A stretch of 35,617 bases of DNA from a virus. Lineage: Duplodnaviria > Caudoviricetes. This document shows positions 16,236 through 25,615 of the stretch, piece after piece. Each line of letters opens with the position of its first letter. The stretch's first letter is position 1. The translations under genes and the position numbers were made by a program. Below the pieces are notes generated by a model. The model did no database searches. It saw only the letters and a list, made by a program, of their open reading frames with translations, and was not told the origin of the DNA. The stretch covers positions 1 through 35,617 of IMG/VR virus record IMGVR_UViG_3300033076_000376. One strand, 5' to 3'.

Positions 16236-16634
16236 TTAACCTAACTTCTGTCCGTTTGCACCATAGCCTTCTGGTATGGCACTAAATCCACTTGTTCCAC
16301 TGTTTCCCGTTGCTGCCTTAGGTGCACCCTCTACATGGGCACCTGTTAGGGCTCCGTATCGAGACCCCGACTGCGAGACAGGATACCCGCAGTCATAGCA
16401 GCGGAGTGCGATTTGCGGGTTAGGAGACATGTAGTTGCCCGACCCGCACTCAGGACACGTATTAACCTGCGAAGCAGATGTCGCCTTGGTAACCTGCGGT
16501 TGGTTAACTTGAAACTGAGGCATCTGGGTCATCGGTTGCTGACTAAAAGGCATCATTGGAGATGGGTCAGGACGACCAATCTGCAAAGGTTGTGGTGTTC
16601 CTAGCTTTTTTGACCACCAGTCTGCGTTACTCAT
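16236..16634 (-). CDS. Zinc-ribbon protein with Pro/Gln-rich N-terminus
   Basis: CPECGSGNY...RCYDCGYP; start MSNADWW (16634) after a GGAAAGGA RBS. Confidence 0.8.
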   Translation of the reverse strand: MSNADWWSKKLGTPQPLQIGRPDPSPMMPFSQQPMTQMPQFQVNQPQVTKATSASQVNTCPECGSGNYMSPNPQIALRCYDCGYPVSQSGSRYGALTGAHVEGAPKAATGNSGTSGFSAIPEGYGANGQKLG

Positions 16635-16797
16635 TGTCTTCCTTTCCAAATACGTTAGGTATAGCGGCTACTCCCCAACCAATTGACACTAATGTAAGCA
16701 AAATAATAGGGGAGAATTCAATAAACTGACCAAAAACTCCAATAAGCATTAGTGCTAGCCCAATACCATGAAATACCGATTTGGCGTGCTCACTCAT
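16627..16797 (-). CDS. 56-aa two-helix membrane protein
   Basis: Not in the ORF track. ATGA overlap; MSEHAKSVFHGIGLALMLIGVFGQFIEFSPIILLTLVSIGWGVAAIPNVFGKEDNE. Confidence 0.7.
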   Translation of the reverse strand: MSEHAKSVFHGIGLALMLIGVFGQFIEFSPIILLTLVSIGWGVAAIPNVFGKEDNE

Positions 16798-17201
16798 TTT
16801 GCAATCTTCCTAGGAACTTCTACTAGTCCCATGTCAACTAGCTGGGAAATAGAGCCTATCACAGTAGACATGGCAATGTGTTCCATCATTTTTCGGCTAT
16901 TTGCCCAAACTTCTTTAGGAACCTTGTCTGCATTTTCCATGGTCACTTTTTGGTATTCAATGGCACCTTCAGCGACAGCACGTGCTTGAACAAAGAGCAA
17001 TGGCATTAAATACGCAATACGCTCTACTCGTAGGTCGCTTTCCTGCTCTTCACGCTCGGCAACTTCGTCACTAATTGGTGCACAGCCAAGAAGTACAGCG
17101 ACTTCATGACCGTTATTCATCTGAGTGTCTAGTACAAACCCACGCAACCGATTAGACATTTCGGCAATAGTCATAGGCTCTTTTTTACGCTTACCAAACA
17201 T
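16794..17201 (-). CDS. Hypothetical protein
   Basis: 135-aa ORF coupled to polA by TAATG. Confidence 0.8.
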   Translation of the reverse strand: MFGKRKKEPMTIAEMSNRLRGFVLDTQMNNGHEVAVLLGCAPISDEVAEREEQESDLRVERIAYLMPLLFVQARAVAEGAIEYQKVTMENADKVPKEVWANSRKMMEHIAMSTVIGSISQLVDMGLVEVPRKIAK

Positions 17202-19207
17202 TACTTTGCCTCACCCCACTTATCTACAACATACACCTCTGCCTTAAGTGGCACAGTGATTTCCTTTAGCTTGATGCCTTCCATAGATTGACGAATTGCT
17301 TCAGCTGTTTCTTCTGCACGGTCTGCAGGAGTAATAGTTACAAGTTCGTCATGTACTGTAAGAATAACATTAATGTCTGGTTCGTCAATAAAGCAAGAAT
17401 GAGCACGAACTAGTGCCAACTTCATAATGTCTGCAGCTGAGCCCTGAATCATAGTATTGAAGGCCTGGCGCTCTGCACGAGACAAAAGCCCAAACTCAGT
17501 CTTATTAAGAAGGTCTGGGATGTAACGACGGCGACCAAATAGTGTCTCAATGTATGGTACTGGAGTAATTTGCTTTGCCATTCGTACGACTTTTGCCTTG
17601 TACTTAGCAATAGACGAAAACTTTTCCTCGAAACGAGTTAGCAAGTCTTTTGCTTCCTTTAGGGTACAACCAATAGAAGCAGCAATCTTGTCTGGACCTA
17701 CGCCATACGAGATAGCAAGTACGAGAACCTTACCCGCCTTACGGTCAACACCCATAGTGTCGCCGATAGTGGTGTAAATGTCGCCTCCAGTTAGATAGTT
17801 ATTTACCAGAACAGGGTCCTGGGAGAAGCTTGCGATGACTCTCGGCTCGATTTGCGAATAGTCTGCCACAACAAGCTTGTGGCCTGGAGGAGCAACAAAC
17901 AGATTACGAACAAGTTTTCCATACTCTCCTGATGAGGGAATGTTTTGTAGATTTGGCTCCGATGAGCTAAACCGCCCAGTCTCGGCACCATGTGCTTTAA
18001 AGTTGGTGTGCACACGACCATTAATTAGTAGTGACTTACGCTCAGTAATCTTCTCTTTACCATTAGTCACACGCTTTACTTCACCGCCAGTGTATGGGGT
18101 TACGTAAGTGGTCATAAGCTTATTTAAATCCTGATACTCCAGCAAAGCATCTACTAACGCATCCTTACCACGATAGTATTCGAGAGCATCTGCTGAAACC
18201 GAGTAGTGCGTATACTCAAGAGGTTCTTGAGCCCACATTGCCTGCTTACCTTTATCAGTAAGTACGTTATTAAACTTTGGGTTAGGAGTAATGCGTGGCT
18301 TTTTACCCTCTTCTTGAGAAGTAAACAGCAGTGCCTGCTTTGCAGGAACTGAGTTAATTGCAAAAGCTTTACCAGCGATTTTGTAACACTTGGCTTCGGC
18401 TTCTAGCTTTCCCTTTTCAATCTCCTCAGCAAGAACCTTCAGAGCATCTTGGTCGATGTAGGCACCAGTCAACTCCATGTCACAAAGAGCAGCAAGTACA
18501 TCCATTTCTAACTTCCAAACCTTTTTAAGGTTTCCAGTTATCTTTGGAGCTAAAGCCTTATACAAATCCCAAGTAAGAGCAGAGTCAATGCCAGAGTATT
18601 CTGCTACATCCTCAAAAGAGTGAAGTGCTACGTTTTCTCCAACTCCCTTTTCCATGTCTACACCAAGCTCACGCTTGACGCAGTCCTTCAACTTAAGACC
18701 GTTTTTATTGGCGTTATTAATAATGAATGCAGCCGTTAGAGTATCAAAATAAGGCTTTGCTGGAACACGGCCTTTGAAGTACTTAGCCACAGATTTTAGG
18801 TCAAACTTAGCGTTGTGAGCGACCTTAAGCGCAGGGCCAAACATAATTGGCTCAATAGCATCAAACACTTGTCGAGGAGTCAGCTGGACTGGTGGCTCGT
18901 TAAACTTAGGAACCCACTTACTCTCAGCCTTAGAGTAGTGGGAATCAGTAATTGGCTTTCCAGCTGCAAGACGGCGCTGACCCTCTAGAAGTAACGGCTT
19001 GTCCCATTCTTTAAATGAGCCATTAGGATGCCCCATAGGAATAACGTCAGTGCGTCCATCAGTAGCAAAAGAAATCCAGCAAACGTCATTGATTACTGGA
19101 TACAGGCGGTCATCGCCAATGGTCTCTACGTCCCAAGCAAATGCTTCAACGGAAGAATAAAAAGATACAAACTCTGCAAGCTGTTCTTTGGTAGTAATGA
19201 TGTTCAT
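17201..19207 (-). CDS. polA: DNA polymerase family A (3'-5' exonuclease plus polymerase)
   Basis: ExoI WDVET, ExoII HNAKFD, ExoIII YSGID; TGRFSSSEPNLQNIP, motif A DYSQIEPR, motif B RKAGKVLVLAISYG, motif C VHDEL. Confidence 0.97.
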   Translation of the reverse strand: MNIITTKEQLAEFVSFYSSVEAFAWDVETIGDDRLYPVINDVCWISFATDGRTDVIPMGHPNGSFKEWDKPLLLEGQRRLAAGKPITDSHYSKAESKWVPKFNEPPVQLTPRQVFDAIEPIMFGPALKVAHNAKFDLKSVAKYFKGRVPAKPYFDTLTAAFIINNANKNGLKLKDCVKRELGVDMEKGVGENVALHSFEDVAEYSGIDSALTWDLYKALAPKITGNLKKVWKLEMDVLAALCDMELTGAYIDQDALKVLAEEIEKGKLEAEAKCYKIAGKAFAINSVPAKQALLFTSQEEGKKPRITPNPKFNNVLTDKGKQAMWAQEPLEYTHYSVSADALEYYRGKDALVDALLEYQDLNKLMTTYVTPYTGGEVKRVTNGKEKITERKSLLINGRVHTNFKAHGAETGRFSSSEPNLQNIPSSGEYGKLVRNLFVAPPGHKLVVADYSQIEPRVIASFSQDPVLVNNYLTGGDIYTTIGDTMGVDRKAGKVLVLAISYGVGPDKIAASIGCTLKEAKDLLTRFEEKFSSIAKYKAKVVRMAKQITPVPYIETLFGRRRYIPDLLNKTEFGLLSRAERQAFNTMIQGSAADIMKLALVRAHSCFIDEPDINVILTVHDELVTITPADRAEETAEAIRQSMEGIKLKEITVPLKAEVYVVDKWGEAK

Positions 19208-19229
19208 AGGAGCCCCTAAAGATAGTAAA

Positions 19230-19279
19230 GCAGGGGACTGAGGTTGAGAAAGGGGAGTAAAAAAACCTCAGTCCCCTGC
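19230..19279 (-). terminator. 16-bp perfect inverted repeat between ssb and polA (terminator or regulatory hairpin)
   Basis: GCAGGGGACTGAGGTT (19230-19245) / AACCTCAGTCCCCTGC (19264-19279), 18-nt loop, followed by TTTA on the minus strand. Confidence 0.7.
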
Positions 19280-19289
19280 GGTGGGTTAA

Positions 19290-19949
19290 CTAGGCAGAAA
19301 CGAGCTGTCGAGCAAGCTTCAACAGGTCTTCACGGGGGCTAACGTATACGACCTCGGCGTCATACTTGACGGCCTCAGCTGCGACTGCGTCGATTTCCTC
19401 TGGGTCTAGTTCCCACTCATCGGCAAGGTCAGTGGCACGAACACGGTCAAGCGTGTAAGTGGTCTGAGGGCCTGAACCCTGACGAGAGATTGACCAGTAG
19501 TACTTAGTTAGAGGGCCACGGCGTGGGTCCTCTGATGCTGCACGTAGCTGGCGGGCCAGAGTAGGTGGAGCAGTCAGAATCTGTACGGTAGGGGCCTCTT
19601 CGCTTAGTACTAGGACATTAAATGCGAACTTTGGGCGTGGCTTGTCACCAGCAATGGTGCAAAGTGGGCAGTCATCACCAAGGCAGACAAACGAACGCTT
19701 GCCCTCGGTGCGGTCTACCCAGTGCTGGTAGTACGAGCTGAATGGAGCATCGTCCAAGAAACGAACGAGCTGGGCAACTTCACTGAAACGGAAGTCGTTC
19801 GGGTAGTCACCCGATGCTGCCTTTGGCTTTAGAAGAGCATCCGCTGCTCCCCATCCTGCCTGAACAGTGGTGCCGTGCTTTGGTGCAACTTCAACGCTGT
19901 CCTCCATGAGGTAGTCATCAGCGTCAATGACTGGGCGGGTAATCGCCAT
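19290..19949 (-). CDS. Single-stranded DNA-binding protein (T4 gp32-like)
   Basis: LVRFLDD, YYQHWV...FVCLGDDCPLC Zn site, FAFNV, ISRQGSGPQTTY; adjacent to polA. Confidence 0.8.
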   Translation of the reverse strand: MAITRPVIDADDYLMEDSVEVAPKHGTTVQAGWGAADALLKPKAASGDYPNDFRFSEVAQLVRFLDDAPFSSYYQHWVDRTEGKRSFVCLGDDCPLCTIAGDKPRPKFAFNVLVLSEEAPTVQILTAPPTLARQLRAASEDPRRGPLTKYYWSISRQGSGPQTTYTLDRVRATDLADEWELDPEEIDAVAAEAVKYDAEVVYVSPREDLLKLARQLVSA

Positions 19950-19964
19950 GGTGTATCTTCTTTC

Positions 19965-20004
19965 GGTAATGAGGCCTACGGCTCTCTATTGGCAATGAGG
20001 TCTA
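19965..20004. repeat. 14-bp imperfect direct repeat upstream of ssb
   Basis: ggtaatgaggccta (19965-19978) and ggcaatgaggtcta (19991-20004). Confidence 0.55.
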
Positions 20005-20487
20005 ACGACTCTCAGTTTCCACTATACCTTTCCAACGTCGAACAATCGACTCAGTTAGGTCTTCGTGGTGTTTCCACTCTACACGAGCAGAACCTAGAAG
20101 TCCACGTCGTGCAAACTCTTCTACGGCGATTTCGATAAGTTCCCGTGTATACACACGGTTACCGTTTACCTTATTGCCGTTCAAAGTTTTTGAACGTAGA
20201 CGGTAAGGAGCGCCAGGGATGTATCCCCGCTTTTCCCAAAGGCGAATAGTCACAATTTGCTTCTCTAGTGCCTGCGCTAGCGCACTAATAGTAAACAACT
20301 CTGTCTCTACTCCCTTTACGAGTTTAATAATTGGGTTTGCATCCCAACCATTTGACTCGCCCATAATCTTAGCACGGCGTGCTTCCGAAACTGCATTTGG
20401 AGCACGGCGTGGCTGTTTTGACCCAGGAGCCTTATCTAGGCCAGCAAACGCCTTGAGGATGTCTTCCTCGCCTCGTATACCAGCCAT
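20002..20487 (-). CDS. MerR-like helix-turn-helix DNA-binding protein
   Basis: FTISALAQALEKQIVTIRLWEKRGYIP...RVYTRELI. Confidence 0.82.
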   Translation of the reverse strand: MAGIRGEEDILKAFAGLDKAPGSKQPRRAPNAVSEARRAKIMGESNGWDANPIIKLVKGVETELFTISALAQALEKQIVTIRLWEKRGYIPGAPYRLRSKTLNGNKVNGNRVYTRELIEIAVEEFARRGLLGSARVEWKHHEDLTESIVRRWKGIVETESR

Positions 20488-20488
20488 G

Positions 20489-20932
20489 TTAGTTCTTCTT
20501 TGTCATCAATGCCCAAGTTACCTTGGCAGGAAACATTTCGTCAAGTTCTGATTCAGAAATCTTACCCTCATAGTGGGCAGCCATTAACAGGTCCTCTTGA
20601 AGAGTAGGTACTGGGATGTAAATTTCATCCTTAATACCTAGAGATTCAAGAATCTCTTCAGCTTTAATCTCATCAATCTTACGGGTTACTCGACGCTGCT
20701 TTTCAATACGAACAATGCCAGATACGTCTTCATCGAGTTCTAGCTGAATGTTGCCCTTGTCGTCTTCAAAGCCTTCTAGGTCCAAAGCTTCAAACAGCTT
20801 TTCACGAAGTTCTTTTTGACGAGCTTCCATAAGGTCAAGTGTTTGCTTTACCTTGATGTACTCACGTACCTGAGCGTTTAGGGAATTTGGGTTTTCAAAA
20901 CGAGCACCCTCTTCAGGAATTACCCTTGCCAT
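20489..20932 (-). CDS. Hypothetical coiled-coil protein
   Basis: 147 aa, N-terminal coiled coil, GAAGAGGG RBS. Confidence 0.8.
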   Translation of the reverse strand: MARVIPEEGARFENPNSLNAQVREYIKVKQTLDLMEARQKELREKLFEALDLEGFEDDKGNIQLELDEDVSGIVRIEKQRRVTRKIDEIKAEEILESLGIKDEIYIPVPTLQEDLLMAAHYEGKISESELDEMFPAKVTWALMTKKN

Positions 20933-20947
20933 AATAGCCCTCTTCTC

Positions 20948-21079
20948 TTACTTACCAGTAACTAGACGACGCTTAACTGCATCGAAAATCTTTGGACGCT
21001 TCTTTGAAGCTTTACCATTCTTACGGTCAGTAGTTGACTTCGAAACTGGAGCCTGTGCTCCACCCTTACCTTTAGCCAT
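20948..21079 (-). CDS. 43-aa highly basic protein
   Basis: Not in the ORF track. AGGAGG RBS; MAKGKGGAQAPVSKSTTDRKNGKASKKRPKIFDAVKRRLVTGK. Confidence 0.75.
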   Translation of the reverse strand: MAKGKGGAQAPVSKSTTDRKNGKASKKRPKIFDAVKRRLVTGK

Positions 21080-21088
21080 TGTGCCCTC

Positions 21089-22657
21089 CTAGATTAGCTT
21101 TGTAGTCAAAAAGTCTATCAAGCTTCCGACAGTGAAGTCAACACCGCCCTTAGCATTGATGTTTAGGCCATCCAGAATAGCAGTAGCCACTGACGTTTTT
21201 TGCTTAAGCATGTCGTATTGTCTTTGTTCAATTGAATCTTTTACCAGAATGTCTTGAATAGTAATGGTAGGCCATTCACTTGAGGTTCTAATAATACGAC
21301 CATTTCTTTGAACTGCAAGTCCAGCAGACCATGGTTGGTCATAATTTACCAAAAGGTTAGCTTGAGGGAGGTCAACACCATAGCCCCCAGCATCACTGGA
21401 TACTAGTACCCTAATGTGTGGTCGTGATTGAAACTTAACTTTAGCATCTTCCTTTTTAACGGCGTTCATTTCACCCGTATAAGGAACTGCCCCATAACCT
21501 CTAGTGTTTAGTCTTTCTACAATTTCATCTACAGAGTCTAAATAAGAAGTGAACACTACCGCTTTATAGGAGTCATCAATGTCCAAATGGTCAGAAAGGT
21601 AACTAATCAAAGTATCTAGTTTTGGAGTTTTAGAAATACCATTAAGCAAATCTCCAAGACTATGCACATAGGCACTACCCTTACCAGTGTGCTTATCAAA
21701 GTTCTCATAACTAGAGAACAATACTTGTGGACTAGAGCACAGCATTCGCAACGCCGAAATCCGAGACATTATTTCTCCACGCATAGCATTAGCTGGGTCA
21801 TTAGGCTCAAAAGACTGACCGTAGTGTGCGGCAAGGTTGAAGTTTGCGCCAAAAGAGTCCCGTGCTTCTACTAGCAAAGACTGCAAATCTAACGCAATAG
21901 TGTTGTATAGCTTTTGAGCTGGCTTATCCAAAGGAACCAACACTGGCTCTCGGTATACGGCATCTGGCAAATAAGGAGTTACGTCATCATCTTTTTGCGA
22001 TTTACGTACGGAATACTTCATCAGAGTTTTATTCAACAGGGGAAGGTTTCTATACCTATCCACTCCTCCAAAGTAGTTTCTAACTATGAAAGTTCTGTCA
22101 AATAAGTCAAATCTTCCGAGAACACTCTTATCTACGAACTGCATAATGGAGAAGATTTCTTCAGGTCTTCCGTTTTCAATTGGAGTACCAGTTAAAGCAA
22201 ACCTTACTGGAATGTCTTTTGCGAGCTCTTTTACCTTCTTGGCTCGCTTGGCTTTAAAGCCCTTGATGGCTGTCGCCTCATCGCAAATGATTGCGTCAAA
22301 CTGTAGGTGTTTTATGTGTTCAAAATCATTTAGGATTTGCTCGTAGTTCATTACCACGTACGAGTTGGTTCCCAAAGAGGAATACTGGTCATGTCTTCGA
22401 GATGCTGGGCCGTCAATAACTACCGCAGTCTGGTCACTAAACTTAGCGACTTCTTTTTGCCACTGGTATTTAAGGGAAGCCAAACAAAGAACAAGGACAG
22501 GCTTGGTTATCTGCCCTTGCTCCCTGAGAGTTTCAACTGCAGCAATGGTCATAGGAGTTTTTCCTAGACCCATTTCGTAGGCTACAAGAATTCTTTTAAC
22601 ATCGACCATCTTTTCGACGGCTTCAATTTGGTAGGGCTTAAGCGTCCCTTTGAACAT
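21089..22657 (-). CDS. SNF2-family (SF2) helicase
   Basis: LKPYQ, EMGLGKT, CDEA, LTGTPIEN, DAGGYGVDL, QRNGRIIR. Confidence 0.92.
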   Translation of the reverse strand: MFKGTLKPYQIEAVEKMVDVKRILVAYEMGLGKTPMTIAAVETLREQGQITKPVLVLCLASLKYQWQKEVAKFSDQTAVVIDGPASRRHDQYSSLGTNSYVVMNYEQILNDFEHIKHLQFDAIICDEATAIKGFKAKRAKKVKELAKDIPVRFALTGTPIENGRPEEIFSIMQFVDKSVLGRFDLFDRTFIVRNYFGGVDRYRNLPLLNKTLMKYSVRKSQKDDDVTPYLPDAVYREPVLVPLDKPAQKLYNTIALDLQSLLVEARDSFGANFNLAAHYGQSFEPNDPANAMRGEIMSRISALRMLCSSPQVLFSSYENFDKHTGKGSAYVHSLGDLLNGISKTPKLDTLISYLSDHLDIDDSYKAVVFTSYLDSVDEIVERLNTRGYGAVPYTGEMNAVKKEDAKVKFQSRPHIRVLVSSDAGGYGVDLPQANLLVNYDQPWSAGLAVQRNGRIIRTSSEWPTITIQDILVKDSIEQRQYDMLKQKTSVATAILDGLNINAKGGVDFTVGSLIDFLTTKLI

Positions 22658-23627
22658 AGGCTAGTTCTCCGAAGATAGATGACACGGCGTTATCTACTCC
22701 CCAGCGAATCTCTGCATCAGTCATGTCACCAGGGTCTTTTTTATTACTTCTACCATAGTTGAAAAAGTACAGATTTATAGAGTATTTACGAGCTAACTCC
22801 AGCATTTCTTTACATGCTTTAGCTCCAGCTTTATCAATCGCTGGGTTATCAAACGCAGCGATTACTTGTTCGGAGTATCGAAGCAGTTTAACTTGCTCAA
22901 GGCTAACAGCAGAGCCACAGACCGCAACAGCTCCCGAAATGCCAGCGCTATCAATCCGAAGGCAATCAAGAGGAGACTCCACGACAATAACTCGTGATTC
23001 ATTTTGATTTTCCAATCCAAATAGTGTTTTAGATTTTGGCAGACCAGGTGGGCGATTCATAAAAGTTCGGTCTACCGTACCCTTTTCTTGCCAACCCATC
23101 AGCTTGTTAAAGTGCGGTTCTCTAATTGGGAGAATCCAGTTCTTCTTATTAGCATCCCACATCACACCGTACTTTGATGCAGACTCAGCAGTAATGTTAC
23201 GGGATGCTAAAGCCTCTTGGGGAGGGTCAATAAAAATTGCAAGACGTGCTTCAGACATTTCTACTGGCTTAGGCAAAGGGGTTAAATAGGTAGGAAGAGA
23301 TTTAATAATCTCCATCATTTGTTCTACTGAGATTTCGGCAACAGTAGCTAGCCACTCTTCGCCAGCCTTATAGTCGTACCCTTTGTCGTCTCCCCATGAA
23401 CGGGCGTAGAACTCTTTTATGTCGCATACGAGCTGTACTAAATTTCCCTTGTAGTGACAGGAGAAGCACATGTGCATTCCTGATTCAAGGTTAATCCACC
23501 AAGATGGAGAATGGTCTGTGCGACCAGTACGCTCAGCGTGCATCGGACATAACGCAGACGCTTCATGACCCTTTACCTCAAACTCCATGCCCAAGGCAGC
23601 AAGAGCTGACTCTACATTGAACTTCAT
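22638..23627 (-). CDS. dnaG: DNA primase (CHC2 zinc finger plus TOPRIM)
   Basis: CPMH...CFSC, VVESPLD, FDNP..DKAG, KDPGD. Confidence 0.88.
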   Translation of the reverse strand: MKFNVESALAALGMEFEVKGHEASALCPMHAERTGRTDHSPSWWINLESGMHMCFSCHYKGNLVQLVCDIKEFYARSWGDDKGYDYKAGEEWLATVAEISVEQMMEIIKSLPTYLTPLPKPVEMSEARLAIFIDPPQEALASRNITAESASKYGVMWDANKKNWILPIREPHFNKLMGWQEKGTVDRTFMNRPPGLPKSKTLFGLENQNESRVIVVESPLDCLRIDSAGISGAVAVCGSAVSLEQVKLLRYSEQVIAAFDNPAIDKAGAKACKEMLELARKYSINLYFFNYGRSNKKDPGDMTDAEIRWGVDNAVSSIFGELAYVQRDA

Positions 23628-24880
23628 AGGTTAGCCTGCCATGGCATGCAGAACTTACAGGTTCCCTGCTTGCTCTCATCGTGGAAGCAACCAGTATCCC
23701 AGTTCCAAGTAATAGAGGTCTCACCAGGAGGGCAGTTACGTGCCTGTACAACCTTAAGCAAACGAATCATCTCGTCTTCTTCAACTGGCTCAAGACCAAG
23801 AATTACGTCAGAGTCCTGGAAGAATGAAGATGAGTAACCAATTGAGTCAGCAGAAACTTTTCCACCTTTCATCTTCCAAAGAAGAGTCTGGGTAGAAATA
23901 ACAACTGGGATGTTTAGACGCTGTGCTACACGCTTCAAACCACGAGTAATGTTAGTCAATGCCTGCGGAGTGTTAGCCTCACCAGTCACCTGGTCAAGCA
24001 TCAGGTATACACCGTCAACAAATAGAACGTCAGGGTTTAGCTGCTCAGCCTTAGCCATCAATGAGTCAATGGTCAAACCGTTAACTGCATCCACAAGGTG
24101 GAATGGCTTAGCGGTCTTCATGTAGTCAAGGTAGTTTAGGTAACGGTCTTCTTCATCTGCAGTCAGCTTTCCACGACGCAAACGTGCGCTTGAGATGTGA
24201 GCACGCATAGCATCTGAACGCTGCGACTGCTCATGGTTGTTCATCTCGAAAGACTGGAACATTGGAACTAGGCCAGCAGCGTGAACGTTGTTTGCCATCT
24301 GCAAGCAAATCTGAGATTTACCCGTCTTAGGTGGTGCAATAACAGTAATTAACTGACCGCCCTGTAGACCAGCAGTTGCCTCATCAATCTTCTCAAAGCC
24401 AGTAGGGACACCGAGAAGAACTGAGTTAGTTACGTTCTGGTATTCTTCCCAACGAGAGTCGGGGTCTTTAGTTAGGTCTACGTGAGTGGTGCCAACTACG
24501 CCTTGTTCGTTAACTAGGGTAACCGTTTTGCTCATCTCATTCAGAGCAGCATCGTGGTCGTTAGCAGTTAGCTTTTCGATGATTGCTTCTACACCACCAC
24601 GAGTGATAGTGCGACGACGGAAAGCCACCATCTGGTCGATGAGGTAGTCCATCGTGTCATCCACATTCTTCAAAATCTTGAAGTTAGGGAAGTTATCGTG
24701 CACCGCTACATGTGTAGGAACTTCACGGTAGTTGGTGTAGTGCTCTCGCACAAATTTCCAGACACGACGAAGGTCATCGTCAACAATCCAGTCATCCTTG
24801 ATGCCACGTTCCAAAACTGGAATGATGTGGCGTTCCATAATGACTTTACTTACGAGACGATACTCGTTATCTGCAGCCAT
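23624..24880 (-). CDS. dnaB: DnaB-like replicative helicase
   Basis: VPTGF..ID..T.GL, APPKTGKS, SFEM, FVDGVYLM, LKRVA....IPVV..Q, QDSD. Confidence 0.93.
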   Translation of the reverse strand: MAADNEYRLVSKVIMERHIIPVLERGIKDDWIVDDDLRRVWKFVREHYTNYREVPTHVAVHDNFPNFKILKNVDDTMDYLIDQMVAFRRRTITRGGVEAIIEKLTANDHDAALNEMSKTVTLVNEQGVVGTTHVDLTKDPDSRWEEYQNVTNSVLLGVPTGFEKIDEATAGLQGGQLITVIAPPKTGKSQICLQMANNVHAAGLVPMFQSFEMNNHEQSQRSDAMRAHISSARLRRGKLTADEEDRYLNYLDYMKTAKPFHLVDAVNGLTIDSLMAKAEQLNPDVLFVDGVYLMLDQVTGEANTPQALTNITRGLKRVAQRLNIPVVISTQTLLWKMKGGKVSADSIGYSSSFFQDSDVILGLEPVEEDEMIRLLKVVQARNCPPGETSITWNWDTGCFHDESKQGTCKFCMPWQANL

Positions 24881-24898
24881 GTTAGCCCTCTCCTTTTA

Positions 24899-25315
24899 TT
24901 ACAAGTTGTTTAGCTCAATGCCCCATGAGCCGTACCTAGCTACTCTACTAGGTAAATCTATAACTCCATGCAAGTTTGTCCTATAAGGCAAATCTCCAAT
25001 GAAATAGTCAATAGTCTCGTACAGTTCTGCATAGTTAAACGGGCTTCCACCACGGCGTTCCATGCGGTCCATAAATTTATCTAAATGTTCCTGAGTCCAA
25101 CCCTCGTCTTCAAATGCAGCAAGTTCTACGGATAATCCGTATTTAAAAGACATGTTCCAAAGATGGGAAAGAGCCAAGTTGTTTAGAGAAGTTATCTTAC
25201 GCTCAGTAGAACTTCTAAGCAACTTTTTAGTCTCTACAAGTTCTGAGTTTGTAACCACGTCTATGTTTACGATGATTCGTGGTGGCGTTACATTTGAGAT
25301 GTCGCCGTTAATCAA
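24899..25315 (-). CDS. Hypothetical protein (possibly a degenerate HAD-like fold)
   Basis: 138-aa ORF; RIIVNIDVV strand near the N-terminus; within the replication operon. Confidence 0.7.
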   Translation of the reverse strand: MINGDISNVTPPRIIVNIDVVTNSELVETKKLLRSSTERKITSLNNLALSHLWNMSFKYGLSVELAAFEDEGWTQEHLDKFMDRMERRGGSPFNYAELYETIDYFIGDLPYRTNLHGVIDLPSRVARYGSWGIELNNL

Positions 25316-25613
25316 GATGAATCACCGTACCATGTTTGATTACAAAATCCCTAAAATCTTTTGCATTACTGATTGCCAACATCGCTTCTTCATCATCTAC
25401 GTCTTCTGGAACGCTAATTGAGTAAGTTACTCCGTCAACACTTTTAGACATAGCTTTTTTCACAAACTTTGTGTGACGACACTTTTTTCTAGAGGAATAG
25501 GTATTGCACGAACACCTTACTTTCTTTTGATTAAAAGTTTCTAGCTCTACTTCAGCAACGCCATCAGCAGCAATAAAAAGCTGGATAGTACGCCATTCCT
25601 CAATAGTCTTCAT
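25308..25613 (-). CDS. SWIM-type zinc-finger protein
   Basis: RCSC-x8-CRH. Confidence 0.75.
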   Translation of the reverse strand: MKTIEEWRTIQLFIAADGVAEVELETFNQKKVRCSCNTYSSRKKCRHTKFVKKAMSKSVDGVTYSISVPEDVDDEEAMLAISNAKDFRDFVIKHGTVIHLD

Positions 25614-25615
25614 AA

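Noticed and set aside
14606-24880. Inteins or introns in RecA, PolA, SNF2 helicase or DnaB
   Set aside because: Proteins are normal length with contiguous motifs; no intein splice-junction or homing-endonuclease signatures seen.
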